NCBI GenBank assembly: GCA_964348085.1
Contig: CAYGBI010000012.1
Location: 215 to 64,214 of the forward strand
Length of the DNA: 64,000 nucleotides
DNA from: an uncultured Pseudomonadales bacterium
GTDB lineage: Bacteria; Pseudomonadota; Gammaproteobacteria; Pseudomonadales; Azotimanducaceae
Reading direction: 5' to 3'
Shown here: positions 47,203 through 56,884 of the stretch, piece after piece
How the letters are laid out: each line of letters starts with the position of its first letter
Numbering within the stretch: position 1 is the first letter of the stretch
Notes under the pieces: generated by a model
Database searches by the model: none
The model's input: only the letters and a program-made list of their open reading frames with translations
Told to the model about the DNA's origin: nothing
Made by a program: the position numbers and the translations under genes

Positions 47203-50153
47203 GACGATACTCCCAATTGCGCTTGGTACGCCTGCTTGCTCGCCGCGCGCCGCTGACGGCTGATGCCGAACACGAGGCCGAGCCCGGCCAATGCCAAACC
47301 GTAGTTGACGTATTCCCACACCCGTTGTTGTTGTTCCGGCATCGGGTCCAGCGTGCGGTTGAAGTGACCACGCCCGCGAATACCGAGCAAAGACTCGTCC
47401 TCGACCGCCCAATCGACGACATTGGCCATTAGCGCCAGCGAGTTCGTATAGATGGTCCCGTCCGCCGAGCCGATCATGCGCACCGTCTGGTCGGCCAAGA
47501 AGTCGTCCGAGCCGAGGACGATCAGGCGGGCGGATTCCGGCGACCTTTCGATCACCGTGGTAACGGTTCCCAAGGTGTCCTCGTCTTCGTTCTCTTCACC
47601 TTCTCCGCCCTCTTCGCCGTCCTCGCCGTGGTCGTGCTCCGCCCCGATTTCATTCGGCTCGTCGGCGGCAGGCGCTTCGTCTTCCATAAGCGGCGACTCG
47701 TCGAAGTAGGAGTCGAACCGCCCGGCCACCATCACGCCCAAGAGCTGGGTGTCCTGCTCGCCGACGGGCGTGTAGACGACATCGCCGGCGGCGCCCAAGT
47801 TGGGCATGATGTCGGTGGAGGTGGAACGCCAACTCGCCGGAGAACTGGAAATCAGCGGGGTGACGACACGCGCCGCGTTGGCCTCTTCGTCTACATCGAC
47901 AGGGGACGCCCAAGCCATCGTGAGCTGCGACAACTCGGCGGTGAACGGCAAGTCTTGGTTCAGTCCGTCTTCCCGCACGTCGATGAAGTAGGGGTAGTCG
48001 CGCAACTGCACGTCTTGAAAGCGGAAGCCGGCCACTTCCCGGACCACCGGCACGGGAAAGGCCGCGTTTTGCGGATCCATGACGAACGACTCGTCGAGCG
48101 TCACGCCATGGTGTTCGAGCCAGCCCTCCAGGCCGGACTGCACGCGGGTCGCGTACAACGACTGCTGGGCCAAGGTCGCGCGGTAGCTGCCGGCGGCAAT
48201 CACCACGGTGCCGCCACGCATCAGGAACTGATCCACGGCGAACACCGCTTTGTCGTCCAAGTTGGCCGGATCAACCACCATCAACACGTCCGCCGAGGCG
48301 GTGACTACGCCATCGCTCAAGGCCGCGCTATCAACGTCGAAATCCGCGCTTAACACTTCGCGCAGGCTTTGGAACTCGTTGCCGGGCGGTTGCCGCATCT
48401 GCATTTGCTGCTGCATGTACGGCGGCAACGCCTCTGGCGCGGAAAACGCCACTGTCTTCAAGAGGCCGGTGGCGAAACGCTTCAACCCCTCTTCGATGCT
48501 TCGCCGCAGGCCATCGGCATCGAGCGAATCCGGCAGCGGCAACTGCAACACGGTGTCGCCGTCGGACAGCGTGAGATAGAAATAGAAGGTGTTGAGGTCG
48601 AACAGGCTCGCCGCCATGGGGCGAAAGCCGTAGTCGTCGGCGATTTGCTGCGCGACCTCGCCGGTGCCGGCGTCCGGGTCGATGATCTCGGCGGTAAGCG
48701 TGCCGCTCGACTCGGCCGCCAACTCGCCAAGCACGGTGTCGAGTTCCGCGCGCAGTTCCGCCAATGTCGCCGGCAGGCGTTCGTCGGCGGAAATGTAGCC
48801 CGTGAACTCGACCGGCGTGCTTACGCTGTCGAAGATGCTGCCGCCGCCCTGAAAGCCGTACAGCACTTTCTTGACGGCTCGGGTAATGGCGTACTCCGGG
48901 TTCTTGAGCCGCACGTCCAAGTCCGCTTCGCCGCGCACCTTCACCTCGATGAGGTCGCGAAAGCCCAGCACTTCGTACTCGTCGCCGTACTGCACCAGCA
49001 CGTCGAAGTACGAGTTCACCAAGCTCGCTTGGTACCGGTCCGCGACCTGGAAGGGCACCGGGCGAATGCCGTACTTGGTGTTCGCCTCGTCTTCAAGCTC
49101 CGGATTTTGCGCCGGATCGATCAGTTCTAGCCGCACTTGGCCGCCACCGGCCACCTCGTACTCGGTCAAGAGATCCTGAAGCTGCGGCGTCAGCGGCGCC
49201 AGTAACGGATGCGTCTTGGCGCTGAAGTAGCCGCGCAACAGCAACGGCTCGCGCAACTCCCGCACATAGCTCTTGGTGGCGTCGGAAATCGAATACTGAT
49301 TGCCTTCGGTGACATCCCAGCGCAGGAAGTTCACCGACGCCAGCCAGAGGTTGGCGACGAGGAAGTTGGCCGCCACCAAGGCCAGCATCGTGCGCCGCTG
49401 CATGTGGCGCCGGGCATTCCCGTCGGCCGCCCAGCCTTGGGCATCGACGGCGTATATGTTGATGGCGACGAACACCACAAGCACGGAGACGTAGAAATAC
49501 AGATCACGCAGATCCAGAACGCCTCGGGTAATGGACTCGAAGCGCGAACCCGCGCCGATGGCGCGCAGCCAGTCCGCCACTTGGTGGCTCGCCAACTCGG
49601 TCAGGAACGGGCTGCCGATCAAGTAGAACGCGCCGCAGCCGAATACGCCGAGAATGAGCGCCACGATTTGGTTGTCCGTCCTAGCGCTGGCGACGAGACC
49701 GATGCTCAAGTATGCGCCGCCGAGCAGCGCGGCAGCGATATAGCCGGCGAACACCGGCCCCCAGTCCAAGTCGCCGAGCATGGCGACGGTAATCGGCAGC
49801 GGCAGCGTCAATGCCAGCGCGATGGCGAGTAATCCCCAACAGGCGAGCAGCTTGCCGACCACGAAGTCCGCGCTGCTCGCCGGCACGGTGACCACCAACT
49901 CCAACGTGCCGGCGCGCCGCTCGTCGCTCCAAGCGCGCATGGTGAGCGCCGAGGCGAGGAAGATCAGCAGCACGGGCAGCCACTCGAACATCGGCCGTAC
50001 GTCGGAGATGTTGCGGGCGAAGAACGCCTCGCCCCAGAAGAACACGAACAGCGTGACGGCAAGGAACGCCGCTAGGAACAGGTAGGCGATCGGCGAGATG
50101 AAGAAGAGCGCGAGTTCCTTGCGCGCGATGCGAAGGGCGTTGTCGATTCTCAT
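47199..50153 (-). CDS. fused ABC-2 permease / GldG-like ABC-transporter auxiliary protein
   Basis: 984 aa. The N-terminal ~250 aa form a six-TM ABC-2 (GldF-like) permease. A large extracytoplasmic GldG-like region and a C-terminal TM segment follow. Confidence 0.8.
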   Translation of the reverse strand: MRIDNALRIARKELALFFISPIAYLFLAAFLAVTLFVFFWGEAFFARNISDVRPMFEWLPVLLIFLASALTMRAWSDERRAGTLELVVTVPASSADFVVGKLLACWGLLAIALALTLPLPITVAMLGDLDWGPVFAGYIAAALLGGAYLSIGLVASARTDNQIVALILGVFGCGAFYLIGSPFLTELASHQVADWLRAIGAGSRFESITRGVLDLRDLYFYVSVLVVFVAINIYAVDAQGWAADGNARRHMQRRTMLALVAANFLVANLWLASVNFLRWDVTEGNQYSISDATKSYVRELREPLLLRGYFSAKTHPLLAPLTPQLQDLLTEYEVAGGGQVRLELIDPAQNPELEDEANTKYGIRPVPFQVADRYQASLVNSYFDVLVQYGDEYEVLGFRDLIEVKVRGEADLDVRLKNPEYAITRAVKKVLYGFQGGGSIFDSVSTPVEFTGYISADERLPATLAELRAELDTVLGELAAESSGTLTAEIIDPDAGTGEVAQQIADDYGFRPMAASLFDLNTFYFYLTLSDGDTVLQLPLPDSLDADGLRRSIEEGLKRFATGLLKTVAFSAPEALPPYMQQQMQMRQPPGNEFQSLREVLSADFDVDSAALSDGVVTASADVLMVVDPANLDDKAVFAVDQFLMRGGTVVIAAGSYRATLAQQSLYATRVQSGLEGWLEHHGVTLDESFVMDPQNAAFPVPVVREVAGFRFQDVQLRDYPYFIDVREDGLNQDLPFTAELSQLTMAWASPVDVDEEANAARVVTPLISSSPASWRSTSTDIMPNLGAAGDVVYTPVGEQDTQLLGVMVAGRFDSYFDESPLMEDEAPAADEPNEIGAEHDHGEDGEEGGEGEENEDEDTLGTVTTVIERSPESARLIVLGSDDFLADQTVRMIGSADGTIYTNSLALMANVVDWAVEDESLLGIRGRGHFNRTLDPMPEQQQRVWEYVNYGLALAGLGLVFGISRQRRAASKQAYQAQLGVSS

Positions 50154-51064
50154 CGCTTGTCCTCCTGCGCGCCGCCTGCGCTGACTTCCCGGAACACGGT
50201 CTCCAAGTCGCGCTTTTCCGCCGCCAAGCCGTGGATGGCGACCCCCGCGGCGACCAAGCGCTTCGCAAGTTCCGCCGTTCGCGCCTCGTCCGGCGAACTG
50301 TCGAACTCGATCGAGAAGCCACTCGCACTCGGCATCACCTTGGCAAACCCGTCGACTGCCATGCGCACGTCGTCTTGCCCTGCGTCGGTGGTCAACGTCA
50401 CCCGCGAGCTTTCCTTCAACGCGGCCAGTCGCTCGTCAAGCGCCAATTCACCGGCGCGCAAGATCATCACCCGGTCACACACGGCATCCACCTCTTGCAT
50501 GATGTGCGTGGAGAGAATCACCGTGGCTTTCCGGGCCAAGCGGCGGATCAGATCGCGCATGTGCTGGGTTTGCCCGGGATCCAAACCGTTGGTGGGTTCG
50601 TCCAAGATCAACAGCCGCGGTTCGTGGATGATGGCTTGCGCCACGCCCACCCGCTGTTGATAGCCGCGCGAAAGTATGCCGACGGCGTCGTACGCCCGCT
50701 CCGCCAAATCGGTTGCGTCCAACACGGCACGCAACGCGGCCGGTCGGTCGGACACGCTGCGCAGCGCCGCTACGTAGTCCAGATACTCCACCACGGTCAT
50801 CTCTGGATACACGGGACAGTTTTCCGGCAGATAGCCAAGCTGCCTCTGCACCGTCTCCGGCGCTTCCCAGACATCCACGCCATCCACCAGCGCCCGGCCG
50901 GCGCTCGGCTCCAAGTAGCCGGTGAGCATCTTCATCGTCGTCGTTTTGCCGGCCCCGTTATGGCCCAACAGCCCGACGATTTCGCCGCCGCCGATGGCGA
51001 AGCTGACGGCGTCCACCGCCAGCGTATCGCCGTACCGGCGCGTTAATCCCTCCGCGTCGATCAC
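50150..51064 (-). CDS. ABC transporter ATP-binding protein
   Basis: GTG at 51064 with GAGGAGG upstream. Walker A GHNGAGKTT, signature LSRGYQQR and Walker B LLILDEP are present. Confidence 0.9.
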   Translation of the reverse strand: MIDAEGLTRRYGDTLAVDAVSFAIGGGEIVGLLGHNGAGKTTTMKMLTGYLEPSAGRALVDGVDVWEAPETVQRQLGYLPENCPVYPEMTVVEYLDYVAALRSVSDRPAALRAVLDATDLAERAYDAVGILSRGYQQRVGVAQAIIHEPRLLILDEPTNGLDPGQTQHMRDLIRRLARKATVILSTHIMQEVDAVCDRVMILRAGELALDERLAALKESSRVTLTTDAGQDDVRMAVDGFAKVMPSASGFSIEFDSSPDEARTAELAKRLVAAGVAIHGLAAEKRDLETVFREVSAGGAQEDKR

Positions 51065-51274
51065 CTTGGCACACGCCTCCTCTAGCGTTTCCTTAGCCCG
51101 CCCTAATCGCTCGCACGCGATCCTTAAGCGCCGCGAAAGATACAAAGCTCAAGAGCGTGTTTCCAGCCCTTGACCAGCGGCGCCGGCGCGACGGCTAGCC
51201 GTTGAGGTTACACTTCGGCTGTCTGTCGGCCTACGGCGACGCAAACTGGGTTGTTGCAGCACGCACGTTCACCT

Positions 51275-52675
51275 ATGCCAGTGACATCTGACGAACAGTT
51301 GGCACTCCCGCCAACAAACGGTGGCGAACAGGCCGATATGTTCGCTGCACAGCTGCGGGTAGGCGACTCCGGCAGCGACGCGAGAGGAAGCGCGGCCTTC
51401 CGCGACCCTGCTTTCATGGCCAACCGAGACGCGCCCGTACACCGCTGGGTGCCGTGGATCGCCGGCTATTCCAAACACTTCGTGGCCGACGCCTTGGCAC
51501 GCTTCACCAACGGTCCGGGCGTCGTCCTCGATCCGTTCGCCGGTGTCGGGACGACACTCGTCGAGGCCGACTTGGCGGGTCACCAAGCGGTGGGGTTCGA
51601 GATAAACCCGTATGCCGTCTTTGTCGCACGCACGAAGTTGCGGGCACACCGGGCGATGGCGGAGCAAGTGCGGAGTGCCATTCGTGCGTTCGACGCCTTC
51701 AGCCGCCAAACGCGCCGCGAAGGTACGGAGCCGGCGCTGGCACCGCCTTCTGGTTTCCGTACGCGGGCACCGTTCTACAGCCCGAAGGTGCAACGCAAGG
51801 TGCTGCTTTCCTTGGAGTTCATACGCCGGCAAGACGAGTTGGTGGGGGATCTGTTCCGGCTCGCGTTCGCCGCGACGATGGTGGACTACTCCAACTATTC
51901 CTACGAGCCGAGCCTTGGTCGCAAGGCCGCAGTTGGGCGTGCCGACGTAAACGACTTCCCGGTGATGGAGACGCTCGCTGCTAAGGTCGGCCAAATGGCT
52001 ACCGACGTGACTTGGTATATGCACGCTCGCGTCAACCGCGAACGCCCGGACGGCTGCGTTTACGAAGGCTCGTTCTTCGACAGCTACCAACGCATCGAAC
52101 GTGGCAGCGTGGACTTGCTCATCACCTCGCCACCGTATCTGAACAACTACCACTACAACCGCAACACCCGCCCGCATCTCTATTGGCTGGGGTTCTGCCA
52201 GTCGCCGCACGATTTGAAACTTCTGGAGCCGCTGAACTTCGGCACGTATTGGCAGCACGCAAGAGACTTGCCGCACGTCGATCTCGATCCAGCCATTACC
52301 GCCCCGGAAATCCAAGAGACGCTCGACGAGTTACGCAGTAAAAACCCTGACAAGGGCATCTACGGCGGGCGCGGGTGGGCGAACTATGCGACCCTGTATT
52401 TCAACGACTGTGCTCGCTTCGCGACCGCGGCCAGGTGGTGTCTGCGGCCTGGCACTAAGGCGCTGGTGGTGATCGGCAACAGCATTCTCCAAGGCGTGCC
52501 GATTCCGACGGATCGCTTTCTTGCCAAGATCGCCGAGGCGCACGGGCTTGAACTTATCGCCATCCATGTGCCGCGCAATACCCGAGTGGGCAACAGCATC
52601 GTCAACTCCAGTGTCCGCACCGGCGGCGGCAACCATCGACTCTACGAATCCGTCGTTGAACTGCGCCGACCATAA
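51275..52675 (+). CDS. DNA amino-methyltransferase (N6-adenine or N4-cytosine)
   Basis: AdoMet motif I VLDPFAGVGTT lies near aa 90 and catalytic motif IV SPPY (LLITSPPYLNNY) near aa 290. The stop overlaps the downstream endonuclease start (TAATG). Confidence 0.85.
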   Translation: MPVTSDEQLALPPTNGGEQADMFAAQLRVGDSGSDARGSAAFRDPAFMANRDAPVHRWVPWIAGYSKHFVADALARFTNGPGVVLDPFAGVGTTLVEADLAGHQAVGFEINPYAVFVARTKLRAHRAMAEQVRSAIRAFDAFSRQTRREGTEPALAPPSGFRTRAPFYSPKVQRKVLLSLEFIRRQDELVGDLFRLAFAATMVDYSNYSYEPSLGRKAAVGRADVNDFPVMETLAAKVGQMATDVTWYMHARVNRERPDGCVYEGSFFDSYQRIERGSVDLLITSPPYLNNYHYNRNTRPHLYWLGFCQSPHDLKLLEPLNFGTYWQHARDLPHVDLDPAITAPEIQETLDELRSKNPDKGIYGGRGWANYATLYFNDCARFATAARWCLRPGTKALVVIGNSILQGVPIPTDRFLAKIAEAHGLELIAIHVPRNTRVGNSIVNSSVRTGGGNHRLYESVVELRRP

Positions 52676-53265
52676 TGGCCGACCTTTACGACCCGTTTAC
52701 CTACGACAACTTGATGGCCGGAGTGATTCGGCACTTCGAGACCCTAACCTTGGAACCGCTAGACACGGCCTCCGACATTGAGGGGCCGGGTATATACGCA
52801 CTGTTCTATGCGGGCGACTTTCCCGCCTATAGGGCGATTGCAGACACTGGTCATCCAATTTACGTAGGGAAGGCGGTGCCGCCGGGCTCCCGTCGGGGAG
52901 ACGATGTGAATGTCCAAAGCCCAGCCCTCAGAGCAAGATTAAGGGAACACGCTAACTCAATCCGTCGAGTGCGAAACTTGGCGCTAGCGGACTTTTCTTG
53001 CAGACGGCTCGCGGTGGTACCCGTTTGGATCGGCTTGGCAGAGCGTTTTCTGATCAACCACTACCGGCCCGTATGGAACCGGTGCTTAGACGGGTTCGGA
53101 GATCATGATCCTGGGCGTGGCAGGCGGAACAGTCGCCGTAGCTGGTGGGACACCATGCATCCGGGTCGGCCTTGGGCCGTCGCACTTTCGGCGGACAAGA
53201 CCCCGGAAGACGCGGTGGCGATGGTCGCGGCGTTTTTCGCGGACCAAAGAGAGGAGGCGGGCTAG
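52675..53265 (+). CDS. Eco29kI-family GIY-YIG type II restriction endonuclease
   Basis: GIYALFY...PIYVGKAVPPG...REH...FSCR...PVWN..LDGFGDHDPGRGR...SWWD..HPGRPWA matches my recollection of the Eco29kI sequence pattern. Confidence 0.75.
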   Translation: MADLYDPFTYDNLMAGVIRHFETLTLEPLDTASDIEGPGIYALFYAGDFPAYRAIADTGHPIYVGKAVPPGSRRGDDVNVQSPALRARLREHANSIRRVRNLALADFSCRRLAVVPVWIGLAERFLINHYRPVWNRCLDGFGDHDPGRGRRNSRRSWWDTMHPGRPWAVALSADKTPEDAVAMVAAFFADQREEAG

Positions 53266-53272
53266 CGGCGAC

Positions 53273-53382
53273 ACTGCAAGCGCCACGAAAGCCGTTGCCT
53301 CTCGGCACCGCCTTCGACTTATTAAGCCCAAGCTGCCCTATCAGGCAAAGTCGGGCTTTGCGGAACGCCGCCAAGTCCGACT
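53273..53382 (-). repeat. CTAG-bounded palindromic repeat, copy 5
   Basis: GCGCCACGAAAGCCGTTGCCTCTCGGCACCGCCTTCGAC...CCCAAGCTGCCCTATCAGG...CGCCGCCAAGTCCGA, immediately after the endonuclease stop (GCTAGCGG). Confidence 0.75.
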
Positions 53383-53412
53383 TGCCGGCCAGCCGTTACT
53401 TCCCTGTCCTGC

Positions 53413-54093
53413 CTACCCCGACACGGTAACCCGGCACAGCAAGGTGTTGTGCCGATGAAGGTCCTCCGACCAAATCAACTTGGCGCTCTCATGCCAATCG
53501 ATTTGGTCGTAGCCGCCCTTGGGTCGCACCCTCGCAGGTGTATGTTCCAACGCGTTCGGCCACGAAGAGTCGTCGAACGCCCCGTCCCGCCAACCGACCG
53601 GCTCTTCGACGCGGCGGAACCCGCACGGCCCGCTTCCCGGCACCGGCTGCGCTTCTTCTTCGCAGGCGGGGTCGGTCGGCGCTTCGTGAATCACCAAGCA
53701 CTTCCACTGCGAGTTCGAAGCGGCGAGTACCCGACCCGTCGTCGAGTCGATGAACTGCGCGATGAAGCCGCCGTCGCCCATCTGCTGGTTGCCCCTGCCG
53801 ATGTATTCCAGCCCGCTGTCGTCTTCGCGGAAGTCCATGAGTACGAAGTTCAACTGCATGGGGTAGTCGGCCTTGAAACGGAACGACTCCGCATTGAAGG
53901 ACCGTTCGGTGGTGATGGGCGTGGCATCTTCAAGGATGAGCCGATCGCCGAGGTAGAAAGCGAACCAGTTGTCCGCCCAGACGTCCGCTTGGATCGATAC
54001 GGTTCCCGTCGTCGCTACCTCGGAGACCCGGACATCCGAGTCTCCGCCGCCGCACCCGGTCGCCAGTACCAGTAGCGGCACAATTCTCTTCAT
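53413..54093 (-). CDS. hypothetical lipoprotein
   Basis: Internal ATG at 54093 gives MKRIVPLLVLATGCGG (lipobox LATGC). No family recognised. Confidence 0.65.
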   Translation of the reverse strand: MKRIVPLLVLATGCGGGDSDVRVSEVATTGTVSIQADVWADNWFAFYLGDRLILEDATPITTERSFNAESFRFKADYPMQLNFVLMDFREDDSGLEYIGRGNQQMGDGGFIAQFIDSTTGRVLAASNSQWKCLVIHEAPTDPACEEEAQPVPGSGPCGFRRVEEPVGWRDGAFDDSSWPNALEHTPARVRPKGGYDQIDWHESAKLIWSEDLHRHNTLLCRVTVSG

Positions 54094-54212
54094 CGCATTC
54101 GAGCCTAGACGATTCGGTTGCCTTGGATGCTGGCACAACGAAGGAAGACGCGACACCCCCAAGCGTCGAGCGGTAGTAGACTAAACCCGACATCCGAGAA
54201 GAGGCGACGAAG

Positions 54213-55076
54213 ATGCGAGACGTTACCGGCAAGACCGCGTTCATTACCGGCGGGGCTAGCGGCATGGGCTTGGCGATGGCGCGCTCCTTCGCCAAAGCCG
54301 GCATGAAGGTGGTGATCACCGACATCGAACAAGCCGCGCTCGATGCCGTTGAAGCCGAGTTCGAGGCCAGCAATGCCGAGTTCCTAACGCTGCGCTTGGA
54401 CGTCACCGACCGGGAGGGCATGGAGCAAGCGGCCGAGGCTGCCGAAGCGCGGTTCGGCAAAGTGCATGTGGTGTGCAACAACGCAGGCGTCGCCGTCGGC
54501 GGCGCCATCGACCAAATGACGTACAACGATTGGGACTGGGTGACCAGCGTCAACTTGAACGGCGTGGTCAACGGCATCCAAGCGTTTGCGGAGCGCATCA
54601 AGGCGCACGGCGAAGGCGGCCATTTCGTCAACACGGCGTCGATGGCCGGGCACATATCCATCCCCGGTCTTTCGGTCTATACCGCGACGAAGTTCGCCGT
54701 GGTTGGCATCTCCGAAACCATGCGAGCTGATCTCTTGCAGCACAACATCGGCGTCTCGGTGCTCTGCCCGGGCATCGTCAACACCAATATCTTCAGCTCG
54801 GACCGCAACCGCCCCGAAGAACTGCCGGGCACCGACGCCTCCGGTGTGCTGGTTAGCGACTTGCCGGCCGAGGACCAAGCCACCCGCATGGAGGAACTGC
54901 TCGCCGGCGCACTCGACCCGGCCGTCGTGGGCGACATGGTGCTGCATGCCATTCGCGAGGACGAGTTCTACATTTTCACCCACCCGGAACTGGAACTGAT
55001 GACCGACGCGCGCAAGAGCGAGATGGCCGAAGCGTTCGGGCGTTGGCGCGAATATCGGCAGGAGCGGGGCGTCTAA
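54213..55076 (+). CDS. SDR family oxidoreductase
   Basis: TGGASGMG cofactor motif, NNAG, and catalytic YTATK. Confidence 0.9.
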   Translation: MRDVTGKTAFITGGASGMGLAMARSFAKAGMKVVITDIEQAALDAVEAEFEASNAEFLTLRLDVTDREGMEQAAEAAEARFGKVHVVCNNAGVAVGGAIDQMTYNDWDWVTSVNLNGVVNGIQAFAERIKAHGEGGHFVNTASMAGHISIPGLSVYTATKFAVVGISETMRADLLQHNIGVSVLCPGIVNTNIFSSDRNRPEELPGTDASGVLVSDLPAEDQATRMEELLAGALDPAVVGDMVLHAIREDEFYIFTHPELELMTDARKSEMAEAFGRWREYRQERGV

Positions 55077-55117
55077 CGACCAAAGGTCGTGGCATAGGAA
55101 ACGAAGAGGTAGACCAA

Positions 55118-56167
55118 GTGACCGTCTCCCGTCGTATCGCTTGGGTCGCAGCGGGGCTCGCGCTCGTCGTTGTAGCCGCCGTCTGGTTCGTCGTGGGTAG
55201 CCGCACCGGGCAGGATTGGCTGTTCGCCCGGGTCGCCACCGGGGTGTTCAGCAATCCAGCGCCGACCTCGTTCGATGGCCTGCGGGTATTCGTTTGCGGC
55301 TCCGCGTCGCCATTGATCGCGCCGGGCCACGCACAGGCGTGCATCGCGGTCACCGCCGGCGAGGATCTCTACATCGTCGATGCCGGCATGGGTTCCGTCG
55401 GCCCCATGCAATTCGCCGGCGAACCCCTTCAGCACTTGCGCGCCATTTTGGTGACGCACTTCCATTCCGACCATATCACCGGCATCCCGGACTTCAATCT
55501 GAACTCTTGGGTGGCCGGGCGCCGAGCCCCGTTGCGGATTGTCGGTCCTACGGGGGTCGAGCGGTTGGTGGCCGGTTACAACGAAGCGTTCGCTCTCGAT
55601 GCCGGCTATCGCGTCGCCCATCACGGCGCGGAGATGTTGCCGCCGCATTTGGGCGCAATGGTGGCGGAGCCCGTGCAGGAGGGCGTGATCTTGGCACAAG
55701 GCGAACTCACCATCCGGGCGTTTGCGGTGGATCACTCGCCCGTTCAACCGGCGTTCGGCTATCGCTTCGACTATGGCGGCCGTTCCGTGGTCGTCAGTGG
55801 CGACACGGTGGTGACGGAGGGTTTGCGCGAGGCCGCCACGAACGCGGACTTGCTCATGCAGGACGCCCTTTCCTTGCCGATGGTGCAGGCGCTCGAAACC
55901 GCGGCCAAAGCGGCCGGCGCTTCGCGACCCGCGAAGATCATGGCCGACATCCCAAGCTACCACGCGCACGCAGCCGACCTGCCGGCGTTGGCCGAAAGCG
56001 CGAACGTGAACGTGGTTGCGCTCTACCACCTGATACCTATGCCGCGCAACTACTTGATGCGGCAGATTTTCAGGCGCGACCTACCGAGTAACGTCGTGCT
56101 CACCACGGACGGGATGGTGTTCGAACTCCCCCGTGGCACCGAGACGGTGCATATCCGCGAGCCTTAG
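55118..56167 (+). CDS. MBL-fold hydrolase (RNase Z/ElaC-like) with N-terminal TM anchor
   Basis: GTG at 55118 preceded by GAAGAGG. HFHSDH motif, with downstream Asp/His motifs. Confidence 0.75.
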   Translation: MTVSRRIAWVAAGLALVVVAAVWFVVGSRTGQDWLFARVATGVFSNPAPTSFDGLRVFVCGSASPLIAPGHAQACIAVTAGEDLYIVDAGMGSVGPMQFAGEPLQHLRAILVTHFHSDHITGIPDFNLNSWVAGRRAPLRIVGPTGVERLVAGYNEAFALDAGYRVAHHGAEMLPPHLGAMVAEPVQEGVILAQGELTIRAFAVDHSPVQPAFGYRFDYGGRSVVVSGDTVVTEGLREAATNADLLMQDALSLPMVQALETAAKAAGASRPAKIMADIPSYHAHAADLPALAESANVNVVALYHLIPMPRNYLMRQIFRRDLPSNVVLTTDGMVFELPRGTETVHIREP

Positions 56168-56262
56168 CAGTCTGGCGGACTTGGCGGCGTCAGCCGCGAA
56201 GTCCGACGGAGTGCTAGGACGGCTTGGGCTGGGGCGAAAGGCGGCGCCGCCAGACTGCTACT
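56165..56262 (+). repeat. CTAG-bounded palindromic repeat, copy 6 (best preserved)
   Basis: Perfect 14-bp terminal inverted repeats TAGCAGTCTGGCGG / CCGCCAGACTGCTA. There is an internal hairpin GGCGGACTTGGCGGC...GCCGCGAAGTCCGAC. The termini contain the stop codons of both convergent flanking genes. Confidence 0.85.
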
Positions 56263-56884
56263 AGCGGCGGCGAAGCACCGCATCCACTAGGGCAACGGCG
56301 GCCAATAGCGCGAGGAACAGCAGCAGTCTGGCGTCGCTGAAGAAAAGCTGCGGTCGCACCGGGAAGGCGATGGTCTTCTCCAGCGCCGCCATCTTGAACA
56401 CATGCTTCTCTCGGAACACCGGATTCATCGCGATCTCCAACAAGTCCCGGCGGCTGCGATAACGCATGAGGGCGGCGCTCGTCCACTTCTCGGCACCCTC
56501 GATACCTGTCACATCCATCGTGGCGAAGATGGCGGAACCAGCGAACACCGGGTGGCTCGCTCGCTTCGCCAGCTCCGGATACATGTGCGCCATGTACCGG
56601 CTCAATACGGCATCGGCGGACTCATCGGCAGGCACGCCCGGCACCGGCTTTGGCGTGTCCGCCATGTGCAGGACATTCACCATCAGAAACTGACGCCCAT
56701 CGTCCTGCGCCATGAAGCGGCGCAATTCGGCGATCTGTTCCGGGTCTCGACCGGCGCTCCGCATTTGCTCGACGAAAGTGTCGATCTCATCGTCCGACAG
56801 GGGCCCAGAGGTGTTGGTGTACCACCAGAAAAAAGCCCCGTAGAGCAGGGCGCTCGCCAGCCACAACAGCAAACGACCGTTCAT
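56261..56884 (-). CDS. hypothetical membrane protein (N- and C-terminal TM segments)
   Basis: Internal ATG at 56884 (MNGRLLLWLASALLYGAFFWWY...). A central ~150-aa soluble domain of unrecognised family. Confidence 0.6.
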   Translation of the reverse strand: MNGRLLLWLASALLYGAFFWWYTNTSGPLSDDEIDTFVEQMRSAGRDPEQIAELRRFMAQDDGRQFLMVNVLHMADTPKPVPGVPADESADAVLSRYMAHMYPELAKRASHPVFAGSAIFATMDVTGIEGAEKWTSAALMRYRSRRDLLEIAMNPVFREKHVFKMAALEKTIAFPVRPQLFFSDARLLLFLALLAAVALVDAVLRRR

